In this document: positions 25,937 to 35,100 of the stretch, in pieces
How the letters are laid out: each line of letters opens with the position of its first letter
Numbering within the stretch: the stretch's first letter is position 1
DNA from: a virus
Lineage: Duplodnaviria > Caudoviricetes
IMG/VR virus record: IMGVR_UViG_3300032893_000070
Coordinates: 1 to 50,047 of that record
DNA: 50,047 bases
Strand: one strand, 5' to 3'
Program-made: the position numbers and the translations under genes
Notes under the pieces: model-generated
The model's input: the letters and a program-made list of their open reading frames with translations, nothing else
Told to the model about the DNA's origin: nothing
Database searches by the model: none

Positions 25937-26503
25937 ATGCGCGTAACCTCGATTCGCTACCAACCGATCGAGGGTGGGGGACAGGGCGGCTACTTCGCCC
26001 TTCATGTGACCCTTGGGGCCGGCGACGGCCCCGGGGTCGTTTTCTCTCCCACCGCTCTCTCCACAAAACTTCATGAGGCCTTCGAAAGCCTCTCGCTGAA
26101 ATCCCCCGTTCGTGGCGTCCTCCTGGACTGCCGCGAAGCGGTGGGCACGAACGAGGAGATGTCTTCCCTTATCGGCTCCCTCAAAGACTGGAAGTACATC
26201 GTGATCCTCTGGGTGGGGGAATCCACCCGCTACCCGTGGTTCGAGGGTTGCTTCGTCACAGCTTTCGTCACCTCGCAACATTGGCCGAACTTCAAGGCCA
26301 CCGAGATCCGCTACGTCCTTCCCACCACCGAGGACTGGATCGAGCCCGATGTCTACGAGGTGAATGCCACCACCCCATGTTTCCTTGTCGCGGGCGAGGC
26401 GAAGGGAAAGGACATCCTTTCCTTCGTCACCGACTGCAAGCGCCTGTGGGGGGTGATCTTCGAATGCCGGGGAGTGGCCGCGATCGACTTCCCTCTTCTC
26501 TAA
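25937..26503 (+). CDS. Hypothetical protein with weak QueE-like resemblance, lacking the radical SAM cysteines
   Basis: N-terminus 'MRVTSIRYQPIEGGG..G..ALHVTLG'. Confidence 0.4.
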   Translation: MRVTSIRYQPIEGGGQGGYFALHVTLGAGDGPGVVFSPTALSTKLHEAFESLSLKSPVRGVLLDCREAVGTNEEMSSLIGSLKDWKYIVILWVGESTRYPWFEGCFVTAFVTSQHWPNFKATEIRYVLPTTEDWIEPDVYEVNATTPCFLVAGEAKGKDILSFVTDCKRLWGVIFECRGVAAIDFPLL

Positions 26504-26513
26504 GGACAAGGCC

Positions 26514-26690
26514 ATGAAACAAGCCTCGGTGGAACTTCCAAGAGGTGGAAGGAAAGTGAGACTCATTCCAGGAGGAGACCCCGAACGACGTGTTCGGCAC
26601 GCGATCTATCGTCCTTCGGGTAGATATTGGTGGACAAAAGGTGGTACGTGGGAGCTTAACCCAAAAGACGAATGGGAGTATGAAGAGTGA
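26514..26690 (+). CDS. Small hypothetical protein (58 aa)
   Basis: Open frame MKQASVELP...WEYEE, GTGA-coupled to the polymerase gene. Confidence 0.5.
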   Translation: MKQASVELPRGGRKVRLIPGGDPERRVRHAIYRPSGRYWWTKGGTWELNPKDEWEYEE

Positions 26691-28534
26691 AGCTCTTCCG
26701 AATCACCCGTACGAAGTCCAAGTGCTCGGTGTGTCCTCTGGACGGATACTGCACGAAAGTGAGGGGGGAAAGTGTCACAGAGACGCCAAAGATCGCCTTC
26801 ATCGGTGAGGCACCGGGCGAAGAGGAAGACCGATTTGGGCATCCCTTCGTTGGAAGTGCGGGTAAAGAGCTTGATCGAGTGCTTGCAAAAGGTGGAATCC
26901 ACCGACACAATGCTTATCTCCTCAATCTTATCAACTGTCGCCCACCTGCGAACGACCTTGACTCTCCTGAAGGAACGGAAGCAATGGTGGCGTGTCGGAC
27001 CGGACTCGAACAAGAGCTTGGCGAACTCCACAAACTCGGTGTACGGACGCTGGTTACTTTGGGAAATGACCCGACACATGCCCTCGGCATTGAAGGAACA
27101 ATTGGAAAAGTACGTGGCTCAGTTTACGAAGTCACAGTTGCGGGTCTGAACTTCTGGGCCGTCCCGACCTTCCATCCCTCCTACATCATAAGGGGCCAGT
27201 GGTCGGAGGAACCCACCATGGTCTCCGACGTGGCGAAGGCCGTCGATATCGCCCTGAAAGGGTACAGCCCGCCGAAGGAGAACTTCCTCCTCTTCCCTAC
27301 GGTGAAAGACATCGAGATAAGGACAAAGGACCTTCTCAAACGAAAGCCTCTCCTCGGCGTGGACATCGAGACCACGAGCCTCAAACCCTGGGACGGGGAG
27401 ATTTTCGTGGTGGCACTCGCCGTGTCGGGCGAGGAGGCGTTTTCCATCCCCTTCTTTTCCCAGGGCTACAAGCCCTACTGGAAGAACGGAGACCTCCATG
27501 TGGTCCAGGATTGTCTCAAGGAGATTCTCTTCGAGTGTCCGACTATGTATCAGAACGCTCCATTCGATGTGGGCTATCTGGAGCACCACGGATACCCCGT
27601 CGGGCGAATCGCTCACGATGTTCTTCTCATACACCACGCGATCCATCCTGAGCTTCCGCATCGGCTTGCTTACATCGTTTCAATTTACGGCGCCACCCCG
27701 TACTGGAAAGACGTCAAGTTTCCTGGGCAGAAGATGGGTGAGGTGGATGATGAGAAACTCAGGACCTACAATGCCCGGGATGCCGTGGTCCTCCATCAGG
27801 TGCTCCCGCCTCTCCTTGAGGATCTTAAGGACACGGGAACCGAGCACATCTACTACAACTACTCCCTGAGGCTCATCCGCCCCATCCTTTCCATCCAGAG
27901 GAACGGAATGCTGCTCGACCGAAACCGACTTTCCAAGTGGAAGAAGGAACTCGAACATGATCTCTCAGAGACCGAACGCAGTCTACGAAGTACCGCCGAA
28001 CTACCGGTGGGGTTCAACTTCCAGTCTCCTCATCATCTCTCATGGTGGTTCTACGGAGAGGCACCCTCAAGTCTTCCGAAGTGGAAGGCGGAGCTTGCAA
28101 GCTATGAGGAAGAAGGCACGCGAAAGAAGAAGGCTTCGGCCAAGTACAAGGATCTCACAGAGCGCGTTGCGATCTTCGAGAAGATCACGCCCTTGGCCCG
28201 GTCCCGTTCCAAGACCAAGCGGACGAAGACCGGGTTTGCGAAGGATGAGAAGGCACTCCTTCTGGCAAAGCTTGCGGCGACTACTGAGATTGATCTCATC
28301 TCTCGGTTTCGCCGTCCGACGCCCGAGCACCTCGCACGGTTCGACGAGCTGAATCATCTCCGAGATTGCCTTACTCTCTTTCAGAAACGGCAAAAGCTGG
28401 CCAAACTTCTTTCTACCTATACCGACTTCGAGACCGCACCCGACGGCCGCGTCCACGCCGGGTTCAAGATCCACGGGACGGCCACGGGGCGCCTCTCATC
28501 GGGTGAGGGCCAGGAAGAGAGTGAGAGCGTATGA
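26687..28534 (+). CDS. polA: DNA polymerase A, N-terminal part: family-4 uracil-DNA glycosylase + 3'-5' exonuclease + thumb
   Basis: UDG: 'C..C', 'IGEAPG.EED..G.PFVG.AG', 'NCRPP.N', 'TFHPSY'. Exo: 'DIET', 'QNAPFD', 'YNARD'. Ends 'TATGRLSS'. Confidence 0.92.
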   Translation: MKLFRITRTKSKCSVCPLDGYCTKVRGESVTETPKIAFIGEAPGEEEDRFGHPFVGSAGKELDRVLAKGGIHRHNAYLLNLINCRPPANDLDSPEGTEAMVACRTGLEQELGELHKLGVRTLVTLGNDPTHALGIEGTIGKVRGSVYEVTVAGLNFWAVPTFHPSYIIRGQWSEEPTMVSDVAKAVDIALKGYSPPKENFLLFPTVKDIEIRTKDLLKRKPLLGVDIETTSLKPWDGEIFVVALAVSGEEAFSIPFFSQGYKPYWKNGDLHVVQDCLKEILFECPTMYQNAPFDVGYLEHHGYPVGRIAHDVLLIHHAIHPELPHRLAYIVSIYGATPYWKDVKFPGQKMGEVDDEKLRTYNARDAVVLHQVLPPLLEDLKDTGTEHIYYNYSLRLIRPILSIQRNGMLLDRNRLSKWKKELEHDLSETERSLRSTAELPVGFNFQSPHHLSWWFYGEAPSSLPKWKAELASYEEEGTRKKKASAKYKDLTERVAIFEKITPLARSRSKTKRTKTGFAKDEKALLLAKLAATTEIDLISRFRRPTPEHLARFDELNHLRDCLTLFQKRQKLAKLLSTYTDFETAPDGRVHAGFKIHGTATGRLSSGEGQEESESV

Positions 28535-28866
28535 AAGAAATCATTCTGCACAAGATCCGTTTTGGATTGTCTACTATGGTTTCTCGAAAAGTAATCGAAT
28601 CCGCAAAGATTGAAGAGTACGATGACTTGTTGTCTGGCTCTGTAGTGAGAGCTTTCAAAGGATGGCTCTATGGGCAATGGATGGACCCTATTATCATAGA
28701 GACTCCTACATCTTGGTGGCAGATGTTCAAACGAGACGTTCTTCACACGAAGTACAGGAAGCACATAACTGAATACAAGCCAAGCGTTGTCTATCCGAAG
28801 ATAGACCTCCCGAGCGAGGAACACTACATCCATATCAGCAAGCTTGAGTACGGAGACAAAAAGTGA
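28531..28866 (+). CDS. Unrelated 111-aa gene inserted within polA
   Basis: AT-richer than its flanks and in a different frame; 'PTSWWQMFK' motif; no HNH, GIY-YIG or LAGLIDADG motif. Confidence 0.75.
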   Translation: MKEIILHKIRFGLSTMVSRKVIESAKIEEYDDLLSGSVVRAFKGWLYGQWMDPIIIETPTSWWQMFKRDVLHTKYRKHITEYKPSVVYPKIDLPSEEHYIHISKLEYGDKK

Positions 28867-29735
28867 ACGCCCAGAATCTACCGGAGGACGCCCGAAAGGT
28901 TTTCGTCCCCGCCCCGGGAAATGCCTTTGTCTCAGGCGATTTCTCCAACCTTGAGCTTCGCGTCATGGCTTATGACTTCGACGACGAAGTGCTTCAGAAG
29001 ATGTTCGACGAAGGGAAAAACATTCACGATGAAAACACGAAAGCGATGTTCGGCATCACCCCGTCCCATCCCGACTGGAAGCACATCCGAAAGGCAGCGA
29101 AGATTGCGGTCTTTGGAAGATCGTATGGCGGCGGAGTGCGTGGTATCTTTGAACGTGTCAGTGCAAAAGTCCCCGAGTTCAACTTTACCATGGCAATGTT
29201 CCGAGATGCGGATAGAAAGTATTTCGACTTTCATCCAAAGCTTGCAAAGGGTTTTGAACAGGCATCGGAAGCTGCACGGAATACTCGTGTCTGTACAACT
29301 GCGACGGGACGAAAGCGCTTCTTCCTCGGCACCCCAGATGAGGTCTCGCGCGAAGGGATAAACACCCGCATCCAGTCTCCCGCTGGGGACATCGAAAACG
29401 AGTCGCTCATCGGGCTGTGGGAAGAGTGCGAGCGACACCCGGGGTGGCTCCTCCTGTGGCCGATCCATGACTCCAACACGATCGAGTGCCCGATTTCCGA
29501 CATCCCGCTTTGCGCCTCTACCATGAAGGCGATCATGGAAAAGCCTCGAAAGCTCTGGGGAAAGACCGTCGTCTTTCCTGCCGACATCAGTGTGTCTACG
29601 ACTTCCTGGGGAGAGATGAAAGCCTATGAAGAGTGGCTCAAGGACCAAAGCACCACCGGCAGCAAAACCTCACTCCCACAACGGAAGCGAAAGCCTCTCT
29701 CCCCCAAAGGCCGAGTACCTTCCCGTCGCGTATGA
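28863..29735 (+). CDS. polA: DNA polymerase A, C-terminal catalytic part (palm/fingers)
   Basis: 'NAQNLP', motif A 'DFSNLELR', motif B 'RKAAKIAVFGRSYG', 'NTRIQS' and motif C 'IHDS'. SD GGAG before the GTG start. Confidence 0.92.
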   Translation: MNAQNLPEDARKVFVPAPGNAFVSGDFSNLELRVMAYDFDDEVLQKMFDEGKNIHDENTKAMFGITPSHPDWKHIRKAAKIAVFGRSYGGGVRGIFERVSAKVPEFNFTMAMFRDADRKYFDFHPKLAKGFEQASEAARNTRVCTTATGRKRFFLGTPDEVSREGINTRIQSPAGDIENESLIGLWEECERHPGWLLLWPIHDSNTIECPISDIPLCASTMKAIMEKPRKLWGKTVVFPADISVSTTSWGEMKAYEEWLKDQSTTGSKTSLPQRKRKPLSPKGRVPSRRV

Positions 29736-31146
29736 TGAAGAGCGGGCAAAGAATCACTTCTGGAAGGCCGACCCTGGGGACGAGGTACTCCCAAAGCGAA
29801 AGGGCTTCATCACCGACTGCGTGGCGCGTCATCGTGGAAAGCAGGTCTCAACCCTCTACACCGTGTGGAGTACCCTTTTCATCCTCTCTACCGCCGTCAA
29901 GCGCGAGGCGTGGCTTCGGTTCGGTGAGAACCACCTGTGGTCGAACTTCTACTGCATCCTCGTGGGGCCTGCCGGGATCGCCCATAAGGGCGAGGCGATC
30001 AACGATGCGGTCTCGATCCTCGAAGGTTTCCGCGACTACATCGAAAGTCCTGAGTTCTCCGTGATGAAAACCATCAACATCGTAGAGGACAAGGCCTCAC
30101 CCGAGGCGCTCTTGGAGAGCATCCACCCGAGAAACAAGCGTGCGCTCCTTCCCGGGATGTTCCGTGGGGCTTCGGGCTGTTACCTCAAGGACTCAAAAGG
30201 AAACCGCCTGAAGAACCCTGCGACGGGAAGAGACGCATGGTACTCCCTCACCTCCGAGGTCGGGATCGTTGCGGGAGAGTTCGCAACCCTCGCAGGCCAG
30301 CAGCGCTACAACACCGGTCTCATCGACAACCTCCTTCGACTCTATGACTGTGACCGGCCCTTCATCTGGCGCACCGTCAAGCGCGGCCGTGCCATGGTCC
30401 TGAAGAACCTTCACACGACCCTTCTCGCAGGAACGACGATGACCGGGTTCCGTAGCTCGCTTTCCGACGCCGTACGGACAGATGGTTTCCTCTCTCGCTC
30501 TGCGATCGTCTACTGCCCGAAGACTCCCTATCGTCGGTTCTCCCGCCCGCGTATCGTGGAGGAGGCCCCGTCGAAGAAGGAACTTCAAAGGAGACTTGCC
30601 TGGATCACCGAGCACGCGGTGGGCGAGTTCGACCTCACCCCTGAGGCCGACAAGTACTATGAGAAGTGGTACAACAAGTGGTGGGATGATCTCGAGGAAG
30701 ACACGCAGTACCAGGGCCTCAAGAGCCGCATCCACGTCCTGGTCCTTAAGATCGCGATGCTCCTTCGAATCCAGCGCTACGAGATCGGGCCGAAACTCGT
30801 GGACAAGGATGACATCAAGGATGCGATCCACCTCATCCAGCGGACGTGGTTTGAGGCTCTTCCCGTCATGAAAGGCTTTGAGGCCGGGGATGAGAAGCCG
30901 TATCTTGGCCGTATGGAAGAGTACTTAAGAGAGCGCGGCGAGGTCTCCCGGCAGAAGCTCCTTCGTCAGGGCCACTTCACCACCCAGGAAGCGAAGGACG
31001 GGATCACGATGCTTGTAGACGAGGGGAAGGTCGAGATCCGCCGGGGTGAGAAGGTCTTTCCCTATCCCTCATCCGATGGAAAGGAAATATATCGATGGAC
31101 GGGCGAGAAGTGGCTGGGCTACCAGGACGTGGAGGAAACGAAATGA
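29626..31146 (+). CDS. DUF3987/YfjI-like replicative ATPase (helicase-like)
   Basis: 'NFYCILVGPAG..K', 'ASPEAL', 'LLRLYD', 'LLAGTT' and 'DGFLSR', with a C-terminal winged helix. Confidence 0.75.
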   Translation: MKSGSRTKAPPAAKPHSHNGSESLSPPKAEYLPVAYDEERAKNHFWKADPGDEVLPKRKGFITDCVARHRGKQVSTLYTVWSTLFILSTAVKREAWLRFGENHLWSNFYCILVGPAGIAHKGEAINDAVSILEGFRDYIESPEFSVMKTINIVEDKASPEALLESIHPRNKRALLPGMFRGASGCYLKDSKGNRLKNPATGRDAWYSLTSEVGIVAGEFATLAGQQRYNTGLIDNLLRLYDCDRPFIWRTVKRGRAMVLKNLHTTLLAGTTMTGFRSSLSDAVRTDGFLSRSAIVYCPKTPYRRFSRPRIVEEAPSKKELQRRLAWITEHAVGEFDLTPEADKYYEKWYNKWWDDLEEDTQYQGLKSRIHVLVLKIAMLLRIQRYEIGPKLVDKDDIKDAIHLIQRTWFEALPVMKGFEAGDEKPYLGRMEEYLRERGEVSRQKLLRQGHFTTQEAKDGITMLVDEGKVEIRRGEKVFPYPSSDGKEIYRWTGEKWLGYQDVEETK

Positions 31147-31475
31147 GAGAGATCAAGTTCAGGGCGTGGAACCCTCACGAGAAAATAATGGACTTCGACG
31201 AATTGATTCCGGCGCAGGAGGTATGGTTCGATGAAGGAACCATCCTTATGCAGTACACTGGCTTGAAGGACAAGAACGGCCGAGAGATCTACGAGGGCGA
31301 CGTCGTCGAGGTCGTGGGTCATGCATGGCGCGACGATTGGGGAGGAATTGAAGAAGTCGTTTCCTGGAGGGAAGACGGTCACTTCTTTCCGTTCGGAGAC
31401 GACGACTATGCCTTCACCGGAGAGAATGTGAAGGTCATCGGCAACATCTATGAGAACCCGGAGTTGTTGAAGTGA
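31143..31475 (+). CDS. YopX family protein
   Basis: 'MREIKFRAW...MQYTGLKDKNGREIYEGD...VIGNIYENPELL'. Confidence 0.95.
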   Translation: MREIKFRAWNPHEKIMDFDELIPAQEVWFDEGTILMQYTGLKDKNGREIYEGDVVEVVGHAWRDDWGGIEEVVSWREDGHFFPFGDDDYAFTGENVKVIGNIYENPELLK

Positions 31476-32020
31476 TCGCAAAGGAAGTCTCAACCTCGAA
31501 ACTGATTGCCGCGTATCGTCACTTCGGGTCACTCCGTCCTGCCGCCCGATCCTGCGGGATCTCGAAAGATCTTGCCCGAAAGATCCTCATGGCAAACGGA
31601 GTGGAGAAGCCCAAGGCCTTCTTCCCCAAGAAGCCCTCCTACAATCCCAAGCGGAGGTACTCCGACTTCGCGAAATGGCACAAGGACCACGCCTCCGATC
31701 CGAACCTCCCGTTCTCTCTCAAAGAGATCGCCTCTCTCGCCGGGGTCTCGGAGAACGTCGCAAGGTGCTACTTCTACCGCCGACGGAAGCAGGCACGGGT
31801 GATCCTCTCGGATCTTCCCGACCTTCGAAAGGTCAACCTCGTCCTCGAAGACATCGAGGGAAAGAAGTTCTCCTCCCGAACCCTTGGCCCCTACCACTAC
31901 GCGATCCATCGTTACAGCGAGCGGGCGGCGATCCAGGGAAGCGTTGAGGGAAAAGAGGTGACCGTCGTGATCGCCTCGATAGATCAATTCGCCTCTCGCG
32001 TGAGAAAGGCTTCAGCATGA
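31472..32020 (+). CDS. HTH DNA-binding protein (possible transcription regulator)
   Basis: Two HTH-like segments, 'SLRPAARSCGIS' and 'SLKEIASLAGVSENVAR'. Confidence 0.65.
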   Translation: MIAKEVSTSKLIAAYRHFGSLRPAARSCGISKDLARKILMANGVEKPKAFFPKKPSYNPKRRYSDFAKWHKDHASDPNLPFSLKEIASLAGVSENVARCYFYRRRKQARVILSDLPDLRKVNLVLEDIEGKKFSSRTLGPYHYAIHRYSERAAIQGSVEGKEVTVVIASIDQFASRVRKASA

Positions 32021-32178
32021 GAAGAAAAGACGGAAAAGTGGAATGTCCTGTCTGTGGTGCAATATTTCCTTCGGACGCTCCTGACATTGAGGACCCTGAA
32101 GGTCTTCACACAGTCCACACTACCGCTTGGTATATAGCAAAATATCTACTTGGGCGCTCGGAGGTCAGGCCGCACTGA
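32017..32178 (+). CDS. Small zinc-finger peptide (53 aa)
   Basis: CPVCG...H..H; ATGA-coupled; overlaps the convergent gene end. Confidence 0.45.
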   Translation: MRRKDGKVECPVCGAIFPSDAPDIEDPEGLHTVHTTAWYIAKYLLGRSEVRPH

Positions 32179-35100
32179 GAACCCGCCTGCAGTGAGAAAC
32201 GCCGCGTAGGGTCTTCCCGCCTCGATCTGTTTGATGACCTCGACGGCTTGGGTAACTTGGGAGCCCATGGGAGCGAGGGCCGTCACTTCCTTCATCGCCG
32301 TCTGAAGCTCTCTCTTTCCCGGCTGGCTCGATGAGAGGTTCACCATTGCCTGCCAAAGCGGGCCACCCCTCAGCGTCACCACCCGCCACGGCATGAGGTT
32401 TCCGCCCGAGAGCCCCGCCATACGGTTCGCCCCGTAGAACGCGGCGGTGTTCTTCGCAAAAGTCGCCAGCGCGGCCGTCCGATCGAAGAACCCTCCCGAC
32501 CCGGCGAGCCTCGTGAGCGCTGCCATGTAGTGCATGGGAACGACGGTGAGCTGGCCGAACATCTTTCCAAGGATGCCGGTATTCAGTGCCCTCCCCTGGT
32601 CCTCGGGTCGGAAGCCGAAGGCGATCTGGTCAGTCATGTTCTGCGCGTACGCGTGCTTCGCCCCCTCGTAGTCTCCCTGGGAGAGAAGCGTTTCGACCTG
32701 ATCCAACGCGCCCGGGTCAAGCCTGAAGGCCTTGATGGCTTTCGCCTTCTGGGTCCAGTCCCCGACCTTCCCGCGATCGAACCACGCTCTCAGGTGCTTG
32801 TCGAAAAGCCACGAGGCGGCGTCGTAGACCCCGGCCCTCCCAAGAATATGCCCGTTCTGGACGAAGTAGCCCGAGGCTTTCCCCAGGCGGTTGAAGAGCG
32901 ATGCCAGTGTCCCTCCGCCTCCCGCCGCCTCGTTGAACCCGTACATCGGAACCTTGCCCGTGAACACGCCCTTCTGGAAGAGATCCTTGAGATGATCGAG
33001 CCCTCCGTCGGAGGCCATCTTGAACCCCCGGTTCATCGCCTCGGTCCCGAGGAAGCCCGACCCGAGGAGGTAGTTGTGTTCCAGGATCGTGAGCGCACTG
33101 GAAGGCTTGAACCCGTACGCGCCCATTCCCGCTGCCGTCTGGAGGTAGGAAAGAATGATCTTCTGGGGACCTTCGCCTTCCTTTCCGAGAGCCTTCAAGA
33201 CATCGAGTGCTTCGCTCCTCGATCCATTCAGCGCCTCGTCGATGTAGTGCTGCCCAAGGATCTGTACGTGCTTGGGAACGTCGGGCTGCGCCAAGCGCTC
33301 GGCAAACGCCTTGAAGTTCTCCCCTGCCAGCGCCCACCGGTTTGCCATGTGGGAATAGGCGATGAACTTGGAAATTGCGTTCTGGTCCTTGAGAATCCCA
33401 TCCACGTCAGCCACACGCTCGTACTGAGACATGAACCCGAGGTCTTCGGGAACCCTTCCCCCGTAGACCCTTTGCACAAGCTGTTGCATCCCGTCGGGTC
33501 CTGAGAGTTCCATCTCCTGGTAGGCCTGTGGATTTGCCTGCTTCCAGTCATGAACCTTTCGAGCGAAGTCGATGAGCATGATGTCGGGGTTCTGGCCCGT
33601 ACGGGTGTAGGAGGCGTTGTAGAGCGTTCGCATCCGAGAAGCCGCATCCTGAATCTGTGCTCGTTTCGGTGAGCCCTCGGTGTACCCGAGGTCTTCGAGA
33701 GTCCGCTGTCGGTCCTCTTCCCCGAGGGCCTGCATCACCTTGTCTACGGCGATCCAGTCCTTGTTTGAGAGATTGTAGAGTCGCTCGATGGAAAACGCCT
33801 TCTGCGCGTCCACGTAGCTCTGGTTACTCGCGGCCTTGATCCCCTCACCAACTTTGGAGAACGCCTGACCCAATCCCTTGATCCCGTATTCCACTTCGGC
33901 CCGTGCCATCGAGGTCCTCGCCGGTGCGAGCCAGTCGGAGATCACCGACTTCGCGCGTGAGATTGCCTGTCCGAGTGGTCCTCGTCCTGCGTACTTCCCA
34001 AGCGGGATCACGTCCGAGGCGAGCTTGGGTACGTCGGCGCTGTTCTTAAGCGTCACCCCCGCGTCGAACTGCCCACCGGGAGCCCACCTCGGGTCAGGAG
34101 TCTTCGCGAGGATCTTCCCTACCTCATCCATGGAGTGAACGGTGTAGGTTCCCGTCGCATCCGAGAGGACATACCCACGCTTGGGGTCATAGGTGAAGGC
34201 AAAGCCCCTCTCATTCGCAAGCCTTTCGGCGTTGTCGTACTCCTTGTACTTGCCGTCCAGGTACTCGTGCGCTTCTGCCGATGAGGCAAAGCGCTCGCGG
34301 ATTCCCCACCCGGGGATCTCAACCGTGTACGCCCCGTCATGATCGGCAGTGAGCTTGCCATCTCCCGTGGAAGCAACCGTTTTCCTTCCTTCCTCTGCCG
34401 CGACATCCATGAACTGCGAGGCAAGCTTGTAGACATCCCGAAGGCTTCCGCTCACCCCATCGCCTGAGTAGCGAAACCGAGAGCCCTCGGGAAGGATCTC
34501 GATGTTTCGAGGCCCGAACCGACCGTCCAGAAGCTTCGGGCGGTACTTGGCTTCCCACATCGCCTGGGCCACGTTGGCTCCCGACCCCAGCACCTTCCCG
34601 TCCGTGTCGAGGATCGAGTACTGACCACCCTCCTGTCGAAGGGACATCCCTTCGCTCTCAAGGCTTGCACGGAGATGCGAGGGTGTGGTCGAGCGAAGAA
34701 GGAACGCATCCGTCACCTCATCGAGTGAGCCTTGGAACGGCGGGTATCCCTTCATGGAAAGGGCGTAGTTGTCAGTGCCGAACTTGGCGATGTTCCCGGT
34801 GCCTTCTCGTGCCACCGCGTTCATGAACCACTCGGCCCGCTCCTGAGGACCCAGACCCTCCGGTGCCCGGTACATTGTCGGACGCTCGGGGCTCATCACC
34901 GAGGCCCCGCCAACGGTGGGAAGCTCTTCTGGAGCGGTGTATTCCCTCGACCACTTGTTCACGAACTCAGTGACGTGCTTGATCTGCTCCCTGGGGTAGA
35001 GTGCGGTCACCGACCCGTCGGCGTGCTCAACCGCGTCATATCCTCCATCCCGAAGCTTCCAGAAGGCAAGGTCCTCACGCGTTCCCTCGGCTCCCTTTTT

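Noticed and set aside
28500-28866. Group I intron or intein in polA
   Set aside because: The ORF fills the whole insert, leaving no room for a ribozyme core. The frames differ and there are no intein C/S...HN ends.
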